DNA from: an uncultured delta proteobacterium
GTDB lineage: Bacteria; Myxococcota_A; Polyangia; Polyangiales; Polyangiaceae
Assembly: GCA_963782055.1 (NCBI GenBank)
Contig: CAWAIF010000003.1
Coordinates: forward strand, 4,928,001-4,992,000
Length of the DNA: 64,000 nt
Direction: 5' to 3'
The position numbers and the translations under genes are program-made. The notes beneath the pieces are model-generated. The model saw only the letters and a program-made list of their open reading frames with translations, was not told the DNA's origin and searched no databases. Below, one piece after another: positions 10,839 through 19,281 of the stretch. Each line of letters starts with the position of its first letter. Position 1 is the first letter of the stretch.

Positions 10839-10850
10839 AGACCTGCGCGC

Positions 10851-12266
10851 CTACGATCGGTTCAGGATGTGAATCGCGTGCCCCAGCGCGTTCATGTGCG
10901 CCTCCATCATCCCCTCCCCCAGCGTCGGGTGCGGGTGGATGGTCATGCCCACGTCCTCCAGGAAGGCGTGCATCTCCAGGGCCAGGGCGCCCTCGCTGAT
11001 GAGATCGCTCGCGGAGGTGCCGACGATGTGGATGCCCAGCACCTCGTGCGTCTTGGCGTCGGAGACCACCTTGAAGAAGCCCTCCGTCTCGTTGTTCGCC
11101 ATGGCGCGGCCGAGGGCGGCGTACGGGAACTTGCCGACGCGCACCTCGATGCCCTTCTCCTTCGCCTGCGCCTCGGAGAGGCCGGCGATGGCGATCTCCG
11201 GGTCGGTGAAGATGGCGGCGGGGATGGACACCCAGTCCTTCGCCGCCTTGTGGCCGGCGATGACCTCGGCGATGACCTCGCCCTCCTTCGTCGCCTTGTG
11301 GGCGAGCATGGGCATGCCGCTCACGTCGCCGATGGCGTAGATGCCGGGCACCGCGGTGCGACCCATCGGGTCGGTCGGCACGAAGCCGCGCTCCACCTTC
11401 ACGCCGAGCGCCTCCAGGCCGAGGCCGGCGCCGTTGGGGCGCATGCCGACCGCGACGAGCACCACGTCGCACACCGCCGTGTCGAACTTGCCGTCGCCCA
11501 GGTCGAGGCGCACCGCGAGCGAGCCGTCGCTGTTGCGCTCGTAGCCCATGGCCTTGGCGCCCTTGAAGATCTTGGCGCCGTGCTTGACCAGCTTCTTCTC
11601 CACCACCGCGGTGAGGTCCGGGTCGACGCCGGGGAGCAGGCCCGGCGTGGCCTCGACCACCGTGAGCTCCGCGCCCAGCTTCTGGTAGACGCTGCCCAGC
11701 TCCAGGCCGATGACGCCGCCGCCGATGACGAGCAGCCGCTTCGGCACCTCGCGGATGCTCACCGCCTCGCGCGCCCCGATGATCTGCTTGCCGTCGAACT
11801 TGAAGCTCGGCAGCTCGATGGTGGAGGAGCCCGTCGCGATGACGATGGCCTTGGTGGCGTCGATGATCTCGGTGCCACCCTCGCGCGCCTTGACCTCGAC
11901 CTGGTTGGCCTTGGTCATGCGGGCCTCGCCGTAGAGCAGCTCGACGCCATTGCCGCGGAAGAGGCCGCGGATGCCGCCGGTGAGCTTCTTGACGATGCCC
12001 TCCTTCCAGTCCTGCATCTTGTTGGAGTCGACGCGGACGTTGTCGGCCAGCAGCCCCATCGTGGCGCCGTCCTTCACCTTCTCGTAGGTGTGGCTCGCCG
12101 CGATGAGGGCCTTGCTCGGCACGCACCCCCAGTTGAGGCACACGCCGCCGACCTCCTCCTTCTCCACGCAGAGGACCTTCTGCTTGAGCTGCCCGAGGCG
12201 AATCGCGCAGCCGTAGCCGCCAGGTCCGCCGCCGATCACCACCACGTCGTAGGTCTTGTTCGCCAT
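10851..12266 (-). CDS. lpdA: Dihydrolipoyl dehydrogenase (E3)
   Basis: GGGPGG FAD motif, GGVCLNWGCVPSK redox disulfide, GGGVIGLE, HPHPTLGE. Confidence 0.97.
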   Translation of the reverse strand: MANKTYDVVVIGGGPGGYGCAIRLGQLKQKVLCVEKEEVGGVCLNWGCVPSKALIAASHTYEKVKDGATMGLLADNVRVDSNKMQDWKEGIVKKLTGGIRGLFRGNGVELLYGEARMTKANQVEVKAREGGTEIIDATKAIVIATGSSTIELPSFKFDGKQIIGAREAVSIREVPKRLLVIGGGVIGLELGSVYQKLGAELTVVEATPGLLPGVDPDLTAVVEKKLVKHGAKIFKGAKAMGYERNSDGSLAVRLDLGDGKFDTAVCDVVLVAVGMRPNGAGLGLEALGVKVERGFVPTDPMGRTAVPGIYAIGDVSGMPMLAHKATKEGEVIAEVIAGHKAAKDWVSIPAAIFTDPEIAIAGLSEAQAKEKGIEVRVGKFPYAALGRAMANNETEGFFKVVSDAKTHEVLGIHIVGTSASDLISEGALALEMHAFLEDVGMTIHPHPTLGEGMMEAHMNALGHAIHILNRS

Positions 12267-12296
12267 GCGTATCTCCAGAGCCGCCGTCCGGGCGAC

Positions 12297-13421
12297 TCAG
12301 TGTTTAGGGGCGGGCGCCAGCTTTTCCAGCTCCGCCCGCTGCTCGGCCAGATGCCAGGGCATCTCGGCGTAGACGTCCTCGAACATGGATCCGCGCGGGG
12401 GCGGCGGCAGCTCTTCCACCGCCTTCACCGCCTCGCCGATCTCCCGGGTGAGCTCCTCCTCCAGCGCGGCGTCCTGCGCGTCGTCCACCATCCCCTGCCC
12501 CACCAGGTACTTGCGGAGGCGGTCCAGCGGGTCCTTCTTCTTCCACGCCTCCACCTCCGCGTCGCTGCGGTAGCGCGACGGGTCGTCGCTCGTGGAGTGC
12601 GCGCCGATGCGGTAGGTGAGCGCCTCGATGAAGGTGGGGCCGCCGCCCTCGCGCGCGCGCTCCACCGCCTCGGAGAGCACCTTGTGGACGGCGAGCACGT
12701 CGTTGCCGTCCACGCGCACGCCGGGCATGCCGTACGCGCGCGCCTTGATGGCGATGGTGCGCGACGCGGTCTGCCGCGAGGTGGGCACGCTGATGGACCA
12801 GTGGTTGTTCTGGCAGAGGATGACCGCGGGCGCCTTGAAGACGGCGGCGAAGTTCATCGCGGAGTGGAAGTCGGGCTGGCTGGTGGCGCCGTCGCCGCAG
12901 AAGCCGATCGCCACGCTCTTCTTCTTGCGCATCTTCATGGCCCACGCGCAGCCGACGGCCTGGGGGATCTGCGGGCCGATGTTGGAGGACCACGAGACCT
13001 GGTTGACGCTGCGCCCGGAGTGGTGGCTCGGCATCTGCCGGCCCTTGTTGACGTCCCCCGAGTTGCCGAACACCTGCGCGATGAACTGCGTCAGCGGGAA
13101 GCCGCGCACCAGCATGACGCTCTGCTCGCGCAGCGCGGGGAAGACCCAGTCGTCCTTCTGGAGCACCAGGCCCGTCGTGATGGGGACCGCCTCCTGGCCC
13201 GTGGCCGCGCCGTAGAAGCCGACGCGGCCCTGCCGCTGCAGCACGATCATCCGGGCGTCGATGAGACGCAGGCGGCGCATCTCGCGGTAGGCGCGCAGCA
13301 GCGTCTCGCGCGGGAGCACAGGGTCGGTCGCCGGATCGGCGGTGCCGTCGTCCCGCAGGACGCGCAGCAGCGCGACGTCGGGATCGGTGTCGGCGATCGG
13401 GGGCTCGGGGGGGGGCGCCAT
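12297..13421 (-). CDS. 2-oxoacid (pyruvate or branched-chain) dehydrogenase E1 alpha subunit
   Basis: LQRQGRVGFY..GQEA, GRQMPSH, TPP motif GDGATSQ...NN, YRIGAHSTSDDPSRYR. Start taken at MAPPPEPP. Confidence 0.93.
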   Translation of the reverse strand: MAPPPEPPIADTDPDVALLRVLRDDGTADPATDPVLPRETLLRAYREMRRLRLIDARMIVLQRQGRVGFYGAATGQEAVPITTGLVLQKDDWVFPALREQSVMLVRGFPLTQFIAQVFGNSGDVNKGRQMPSHHSGRSVNQVSWSSNIGPQIPQAVGCAWAMKMRKKKSVAIGFCGDGATSQPDFHSAMNFAAVFKAPAVILCQNNHWSISVPTSRQTASRTIAIKARAYGMPGVRVDGNDVLAVHKVLSEAVERAREGGGPTFIEALTYRIGAHSTSDDPSRYRSDAEVEAWKKKDPLDRLRKYLVGQGMVDDAQDAALEEELTREIGEAVKAVEELPPPPRGSMFEDVYAEMPWHLAEQRAELEKLAPAPKH

Positions 13422-13476
13422 CGTGCCGGCGCACTCTAGATCGGCGTCCACCCCAGGTGAACGCCGATCTGGAGGG

Positions 13477-14379
13477 TCACTTGCCGCAGAGACCCAGCCA
13501 GGTGGGCAGCGTGCCGCCCTGCCAGTTGATGCTCTTGCACGTCTCCTGCGAGGGGCAGCCGCCCTTGCCGGCGCCGTTCTGCTGGATGCCGGCGTCGTAG
13601 GGACCACCGCCGGAGTAGCAGGTCCACTGGCAGTTGTCGGCGCCGCCGTCGAGCGCGCCGACGCACATCATCCCGTCCTTGCAGTCGTTCGCGGAGCCGC
13701 AGGCCTGGCCCTCGTCCTTGCCCGGGGGCTGGAAGATGTTGACGCACTTGGCGGTGCCCGCGCTGTCCTGCACCAGGCAGGTGTAGTCGCTGGGGCAACC
13801 CTTGATGCCGAAGGGCTTGCACGAGGCCGAGTACGTGCAGACCGCGTACATGGGGTTGTTGTTGCTGTCGACGACGTTGATGTCGCAGGCGCCGGAGTAG
13901 CCCTCCGGTACGCTGTTGCCGCAGGGGGTGTCGTCGCCGTAGCAGCAGCGCGCGCCACAGCGGCCGGAGACGCACTCCAGGCCCTTCACGCACGGGTTGT
14001 TCTGCGAGGGGGTGCACGCGCCGCCCTTGGGGATGGAGCCGGTGCTCGCCGGACCGCACACGGTGACGAAGGTCCCCGCATCGTCCTGCGCGACCAGGCA
14101 CTCCTTGCCGCCGGTGCAGTCCTGCTTGACGATGTCGCACTCGCCCTTGATGTTCGTCGTGGTGCACGGGCCGCTGGAGCCGTCGGTGCCACCGCCGTCG
14201 TTGCCGCCGCCGCTGTCGTTGCCGCCGCCGCCGTCGGTCTTGCCGGTGTCGGTGGTGGCATCGCCGTTGCCGGCGTCGTCGCCGGGGAAGCCGGTGGTCT
14301 TGGGCGAACAAGCCACCCCGAGCACGCCCGCGCCAAAGAGCCCCGCACCCGCCAGAAGCAAGAAGAACCTGTGCCGCAT
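13477..14379 (-). CDS. Cys-rich lipoprotein
   Basis: MRHRFFLLLAGAGLFGAGVLGVAC lipobox, D/G-rich linker, numerous Cys-rich modules (GxxCxxxxxCxxGLxC). Confidence 0.8.
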   Translation of the reverse strand: MRHRFFLLLAGAGLFGAGVLGVACSPKTTGFPGDDAGNGDATTDTGKTDGGGGNDSGGGNDGGGTDGSSGPCTTTNIKGECDIVKQDCTGGKECLVAQDDAGTFVTVCGPASTGSIPKGGACTPSQNNPCVKGLECVSGRCGARCCYGDDTPCGNSVPEGYSGACDINVVDSNNNPMYAVCTYSASCKPFGIKGCPSDYTCLVQDSAGTAKCVNIFQPPGKDEGQACGSANDCKDGMMCVGALDGGADNCQWTCYSGGGPYDAGIQQNGAGKGGCPSQETCKSINWQGGTLPTWLGLCGK

Positions 14380-14460
14380 GCCCGAAGCATACACCACGGC
14401 TGAGGAGTCAACCACGGCGAAGCATGGGCGCGCGGACGCCCGACCGACCGCTCTTGCGGG

Positions 14461-14754
14461 CTACTTGCTGGCGTCCACCGCCTCGGCCGCGGCGGCCTCG
14501 TCCATGATCTGGACGATGGGCGCGTTGTGACGCTGCCCGATGGCTCGCGCGATGCCCACCGGCCCCGCGTCCAGCGTCCCCGCCGACCTGGAGCGCTCGC
14601 GGACGGGCTCACTGCAGCCGTCATCGTCCCCGCTGCAGGCGATGGCGCTCAGCGCGAGGCTGAGGGCCACCACCGCCGCAGCGCCCGACCGGCGCGGGCG
14701 TGCGAAGGGGATGCGAGGGCGGACGGAGGACGACGCAGATCGGTCAAGAGTCAT
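14461..14754 (-). CDS. Small putative lipoprotein
   Basis: Hydrophobic stretch ending AIAC-SGDDD; DAG/DAS motifs; collinear with neighbouring lipoprotein genes. Start uncertain. Confidence 0.5.
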   Translation of the reverse strand: MTLDRSASSSVRPRIPFARPRRSGAAAVVALSLALSAIACSGDDDGCSEPVRERSRSAGTLDAGPVGIARAIGQRHNAPIVQIMDEAAAAEAVDASK

Positions 14755-14835
14755 GGGAGCCCATTAAACGGCAGCGGGCGAGACCTGCAAGGGTCTCGCC
14801 CGCAAAACCGTGGCCTTCGTGAGGCCGTGGGGCGA

Positions 14836-15594
14836 TCAGCCGCCGCTGGAGCAGAAGAGCGGGGCGACCGACTTGAAGAGGCCCTCGAAGCCGAGGCCCT
14901 GGTCGTCCAGGCAGTTCGCCCAGGTCTGACCCTCGGGGTCGCACACGGCGTCCTCGTAGGTCTTGCAGCCGCCGGCGGCCGCCGCCTGCGCGCACTGCTC
15001 GTAGAGCTGGAAGGACGGCTGGTCGGTGACCGGGCAGACCGCGTCACAGGCCGCGCCCTCGCAGTCGGAGGCTGCCTGGTACTTGTACGCGCAGTCACCC
15101 GTCGTCGGAGGGTTGCCACCCGTCACCAGGGCGATGCAGCCCTCGATGTTCACGCTGACGAGGCCCGTCTTGGACACCAGGGCGCTCCAGGTCGCGTCCG
15201 TCTGCTTGCTGTTCAGACAGTTGCTGCAGGTCTGGTTGGCCGCGGTCTTGAGCCAGTTGTTGCAGGTCGTCGTCGTCGCGGCCGTGTCGAGGCAGTTGGT
15301 GTAGAAGTCGTCGATCTGCGTCGACGAGCACACGTCCTGCGGAGCCTTCGCGCCCTTGGCGTCGCTCGGGGCGAAGCCGGACACGTCCTCCGGGGTCGGG
15401 CAGCCGCCGGTGTTGCCGCTGTCGTTGTTGTTCCCGCCGGAGTCCTTGGTGCTGCCGCCATCCTTCTTGGTGACGCCGCTGTCGCTCCCGGCGTCGCCGC
15501 CGTTGTTGTTGTTGTTGTTGCTGGAGCAGCCGTACGCCATCGCCGCAACGAGAGCCGAGACCGAGACCACCGCAATGCTCTTGACCAACTGCAT
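14836..15594 (-). CDS. Cys-rich lipoprotein (paralog of 57939..58751)
   Basis: MQLVKSIAVVSVSALVAAMAYGC lipobox, poly-Asn/DAG linker, 16-Cys domain. GAGGAGG RBS upstream. Confidence 0.82.
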   Translation of the reverse strand: MQLVKSIAVVSVSALVAAMAYGCSSNNNNNNGGDAGSDSGVTKKDGGSTKDSGGNNNDSGNTGGCPTPEDVSGFAPSDAKGAKAPQDVCSSTQIDDFYTNCLDTAATTTTCNNWLKTAANQTCSNCLNSKQTDATWSALVSKTGLVSVNIEGCIALVTGGNPPTTGDCAYKYQAASDCEGAACDAVCPVTDQPSFQLYEQCAQAAAAGGCKTYEDAVCDPEGQTWANCLDDQGLGFEGLFKSVAPLFCSSGG

Positions 15595-15682
15595 AACCGC
15601 CTCCTCGAATTCGCGGCGCGTGCGCCGCAAGCGTCCCGCCGAAACCGCTAGGCAGTTTTCAGCGACCCAACATTTCGCGGGT

Positions 15683-15765
15683 AAAAAAGAAAGCCCGCGA
15701 CCTCCAACCTTGCCGAACGGGCAAACCCACCGGACACACCAGGGTGGGACCGGAACGGACGCGGG
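15683..15765 (-). ncRNA. Candidate structured leader RNA or small RNA
   Basis: Lies downstream of a sigma70-like promoter. Can form a closing stem CCCGCG/CGCGGG around two hairpins (CCCACC..GGUGGG, UUGCC..GGCAA) and ends in a U-rich tract. No known family recognised. Confidence 0.35.
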
Positions 15766-15793
15766 AGTATACGGAGAGAGCCTACCTCGTCAA
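15766..15793 (-). promoter_or_regulatory. Sigma70-type promoter (TTGACG-N16-TATACT)
   Basis: Minus-strand hexamers at 15793-15788 and 15771-15766, each 5/6 consensus, in an intergenic region of a very GC-rich genome. Confidence 0.55.
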
Positions 15794-15863
15794 CGGGAAC
15801 GTGATGTCTTCGTGACGCATTTCTCTCTCGACGGAAAACTCCGCCGAGCGCGCCAGGCGCCGA

Positions 15864-16448
15864 TCACGGGTCAGGCGGGGCCGCGGCGGTGGCCTCGCCG
15901 CGAGGGAAGCCCAGGGCGGCGGCGATGACCAGGTACCCCACGAGGAGCAGCGACTCCGTCTTGCCGCACGTCTCCGACCAGCCGTGGTAGCGGTTCAGGG
16001 CCTCGCCCAGCGGCCCCAGCCCGCGGATGGCGCCAGCGAGGTGGAGCGCCGCGATGTGCGGGGAGAGCCAGGCGCCCTGCACGACCGCGAGCAGCGCGGC
16101 GGCGGACCCGACGAGCAGGCGCGCCGTGCCCGCGCGACTGGCGGCGACTCCCTGGCGGTGCTCGAGCCAGCGGCGCGCCACCTCGGCGAGGGCGACGACG
16201 GCGGCGGCGCTCATCGCGAGCTTGTCGAAGCGCAGGAAGACGAGCGTCATGGCGTCCGCGCTGGAGGGCGCGGGCACCTCGTGGAAGACGGTGGGCGCGA
16301 CAATCGCCCCCAGCACCACCAGGCCGCCCAGCCAGAGCGCGGCCGCGAGGGTGGCGACCGCGGCGGCGACGCGCGCCCCCCGCGGCGACCCCGCGGTCGC
16401 GGCGGGCGCGGGGGTGGCCTGCTCCGACTCCGACGTGGCGCCGGTCAT
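15864..16448 (-). CDS. DUF4149-like membrane protein
   Basis: ALWLGGLVVLGAIVAPTVF...VFLRF...LSPHI...YHGWSE fits the DUF4149/TMEM205-like pattern; four TM helices. Confidence 0.75.
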   Translation of the reverse strand: MTGATSESEQATPAPAATAGSPRGARVAAAVATLAAALWLGGLVVLGAIVAPTVFHEVPAPSSADAMTLVFLRFDKLAMSAAAVVALAEVARRWLEHRQGVAASRAGTARLLVGSAAALLAVVQGAWLSPHIAALHLAGAIRGLGPLGEALNRYHGWSETCGKTESLLLVGYLVIAAALGFPRGEATAAAPPDP

Positions 16449-17425
16449 CAGAGCACCATCCGGGTGCCGTGCTCCGGCGAGCGGGTGCCGATCTCCAGCG
16501 CCGCGCGGCGGGAGTGGGCCGTCATGGGGGCGCGACCGCGCAGGCGCACCTCCAGCCGGGCGGAGGCGAGCTTGCTGTTCAGGCAGTAGGTCATGGCGCC
16601 GCTGGGGTTCTCGTAGTGGAGGCCGACCATGTCCTCGGTGGTGGACCAGAGCTCGCCGGCGATCTCGACGGTGGGGCCGGCGCCGTGGAACTTCCAGTGG
16701 CGGAATGTCATCTCGCCGCGGCTGCGCACCACCTCCGCCGGGGCGGTGAGCTCGTAGCGCACGCCGCGGTGGCGCAGCGCGAGCAGGGTGATCGTCGGCG
16801 CGCGGCGGGTGATGCGCCCGCTGAGGCCCTCGAAGATCAGGTCCTCCGCGTCCTCCCAGGCGTTGCAGTGGCCCCACGCGTAGGCGTGGCCGTGGCCCCG
16901 GCCCCAGTTGTGGCCAAGCATGCCGGGCCAGGCGTCGAGCTCCCACCGCTCGCCAGCGACGTCCACCGTGCCGGACGCGCGCAGGTCGGGCACCGGGGAG
17001 CAGACCTTGGAGCTGGGCACGCGCGAGGTGTACAGGCGCTCGGCGCCGAGGAGCAGCAGCGGCGCGGCCTCCTCCTCCAGCTTCACGTCGAAGGCGATGC
17101 GGTTGCCGTCCGGGCCGCCGGCCACGTCGCCGCGCACGGCGTCGCGCGTCATGGTGAGGCAGGGCAGCGCGACGTCCAGCGCGTCGCGGGAGAAGCGTGC
17201 ATCCTGCACGGAGAAGCTCTGCTTGGCGGCGACGTGGCCGGTGCGGCGGTCGAAGGCGATGGCCCACGCCTGCGCGACGGCCGCGCCGCTGCGCCACGCC
17301 AGGATCGTCCCCTTGATCCAGACGGCGCGGTGGCCCTCGTGGTCGTTGGCCTTGAAGAACCAGCTCTCCACGTGGTTGCGCGTGGGGAGCGACGGGTCGT
17401 AGGCCGCGCCGGCGAAGTCGCGCAC
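16448..17425 (-). CDS. Hypothetical protein, tocopherol cyclase/AttH-like beta fold
   Basis: ESWFFKA...W.K.TI, GMLGHNWG..H...YAWGHCNAW, reminiscent of tocopherol-cyclase-like proteins. Confidence 0.5.
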   Translation of the reverse strand: MRDFAGAAYDPSLPTRNHVESWFFKANDHEGHRAVWIKGTILAWRSGAAVAQAWAIAFDRRTGHVAAKQSFSVQDARFSRDALDVALPCLTMTRDAVRGDVAGGPDGNRIAFDVKLEEEAAPLLLLGAERLYTSRVPSSKVCSPVPDLRASGTVDVAGERWELDAWPGMLGHNWGRGHGHAYAWGHCNAWEDAEDLIFEGLSGRITRRAPTITLLALRHRGVRYELTAPAEVVRSRGEMTFRHWKFHGAGPTVEIAGELWSTTEDMVGLHYENPSGAMTYCLNSKLASARLEVRLRGRAPMTAHSRRAALEIGTRSPEHGTRMVL

Positions 17426-18445
17426 TCAGCCCTCCCGCACGGTGGCGCCCGCGAGATCGCGCAGCGCCGCCTCCCGCAGGGCGGGGCTCACCTCGTCCTC
17501 GCCGAGGCGCTCGATGCGCTCGCGCGCGACCTCCAGCCCGGCGCGCCCGGCGGCGATGACGGCGGCCTCCCGCCTGGTCTTGTCGCGAGAGCCGAGGTCG
17601 CGGGTGATGCGCCGGATGGCGCGGGCGTCGCCCAGCCGGGCGAGGGCGATCACCGCGGAGAAGCTCGCCGTGTCCCTCATGTAGCGCAGCAGCCCGAAGG
17701 CGCGACGCTCCAGCGCGGGGACGGCCTCGCGAAGGCCGATCTGCCCGGCGAGCTCCACCGCCTCGCGCTCGTCCTCCGGCTGCGCGGGCACGCGCGACTC
17801 CACGATGCCCAGCACCAGCGGGTGCCCGCGCGAGTCGCCGCACTTGGCGAGGTAGATGGCGGCGGCGATAGCCACGTCCGGCGCGTCGTCGTCCAGCAGC
17901 ACGGCGGCGCGCGTGACGAGGCGCGCGGGCGGCGGGTCGGAGGCGTGCTCCTCCGCCAGGCGGAGGGCGATGTAGCGCACGTTGAAGTCGTCGTCGTTGG
18001 TGGCGGCGAGCAGGGACTTGGCCACCGGCTCGGGGTGGGCGGCGAGTCGCACGTGCGCGATGACAGCCTGATAGCGCATCTCCGGGCGGCGATCGCGCAA
18101 TGCCTTCTCCACGCGCGGCAGCGCCTTGACGTCGCCGATCTCCCCCAGCGCGAGCAGGACCATCTGCCGGACGTGGTCGTCGTCGTCCTCCACGCGGTCG
18201 AGCAGCGCGTCCACCGCCTCCGCCGCCTCCAGGTCGGCGAGGGCCACCGCGGCGGCGGAGCGGGCCGGCGGCGCGTCGTCCTCCAGCGCCTTGATCAGCA
18301 GCGCGACGGCCTCGTCGCGGGTCGTCTCGTCGCGCCCGTGACGGACGAGGTCGCGCGCGGCCGAGGCCCGCACGTCCATCTTGGCCGACGAGAGGTCGCG
18401 GACGCACGCCGCGAAGGTGCGCGGGAGGGGCGACGGGAGCCACAT
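17426..18445 (-). CDS. HEAT-repeat protein
   Basis: Repeated L..AL.D....VR..AA.AL units. Start MWLPSPLPR. Confidence 0.85.
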   Translation of the reverse strand: MWLPSPLPRTFAACVRDLSSAKMDVRASAARDLVRHGRDETTRDEAVALLIKALEDDAPPARSAAAVALADLEAAEAVDALLDRVEDDDDHVRQMVLLALGEIGDVKALPRVEKALRDRRPEMRYQAVIAHVRLAAHPEPVAKSLLAATNDDDFNVRYIALRLAEEHASDPPPARLVTRAAVLLDDDAPDVAIAAAIYLAKCGDSRGHPLVLGIVESRVPAQPEDEREAVELAGQIGLREAVPALERRAFGLLRYMRDTASFSAVIALARLGDARAIRRITRDLGSRDKTRREAAVIAAGRAGLEVARERIERLGEDEVSPALREAALRDLAGATVREG

Positions 18446-18495
18446 GCGCAAGGGGGTAGCAGGTTGGTGGGGGCGGCGCGAGTCGGAGCGTGGGC

Positions 18496-19281
18496 CTACT
18501 TCGCCCCCTGCGGCTCCGCCGCCCGGCCGGCCAGCAGGAGCGACGCGCTGGTGACCGCCACCGCGATCGACCCGACCGCCAGCACGTGCGGCGCCCGCAG
18601 CATGCACGCCACCCCCTGGTCGAGCACGCTGCCCAGCGAGACGCCCCCGCGCGGCCCCAGCCCCACGAACGCCAGGGCCGCCTCGCTCACCACGATCGCC
18701 GCGGCGGTCGAGCCGAACTGCACGGCCATCATCCCCTGCAGGTTGGGCAGCAGGTGCCGCCACACCACCCGCGCGCGCCCCAGCCCCAGGGCGAACGCCG
18801 CCTCGACGAAGCCTGCGCTGCGCAGCACCCGCGCCTCCGCCAGCGCCAGCCGCGCGAAGGGGGCCCACGCGGTGAGGGCGAAGACCACGCCGATGTGCCA
18901 GCGGCTGGGCGTGCGCACCGCCGAGAGGACAGCGAGGGCGAGCAGGAAGGACGGGAAGGACTGCACCAGATCGCACGCGCGCTCCACGAAGCGCTCGAAG
19001 CGGCCGCGGAGCAGCGCGGCGCCCGCCCCCAGCGGCGCGCCGATGGCAAGCCCCACCACGCCGACCGCCACCGCCAGGACGATCCCGCGCAGCGCCGCGC
19101 TGGCCACCAGGGAGAGCAGGTCCACCCCCGCCTCCCCGCACCCCAGCAGGTGCACGGCGGAGGGCGCCTGGTACGTCATGCGTGGGTCCAGGCGCTCCGG
19201 GCCGAAGGGGGTGAGCCACGCGACGGCGGCGGCGAGGCCGACCAGCGCCGCGAGCGGGGCGAGCAGCGCGCGACGGCTCAT
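18496..19281 (-). CDS. ABC peptide/nickel transporter permease (DppC/OppC-like)
   Basis: HLLGCGEAGVDL (cf. HxLGTDxxGRD), EAA motif FVEAAFALG...VVWRHLLPN, SEAALAFVGLG. Confidence 0.88.
   Translation of the reverse strand: MSRRALLAPLAALVGLAAAVAWLTPFGPERLDPRMTYQAPSAVHLLGCGEAGVDLLSLVASAALRGIVLAVAVGVVGLAIGAPLGAGAALLRGRFERFVERACDLVQSFPSFLLALAVLSAVRTPSRWHIGVVFALTAWAPFARLALAEARVLRSAGFVEAAFALGLGRARVVWRHLLPNLQGMMAVQFGSTAAAIVVSEAALAFVGLGPRGGVSLGSVLDQGVACMLRAPHVLAVGSIAVAVTSASLLLAGRAAEPQGAK

Noticed and set aside
15716..15760. GGGCAAACCCACC...GGTGGGAC on the plus strand resembling a c-di-GMP-I (GEMM) riboswitch
   Set aside because: It lacks the GNRA tetraloop and the following GCAAAG/P2 elements, and has no downstream plus-strand gene. 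The minus-strand reading has the promoter and U-tract.
15683..15765. Structured ~75-nt RNA as a tRNA or SRP RNA
   Set aside because: No D-loop/T-loop consensus in proper register, only two inner arms, and no SRP domain IV motif.
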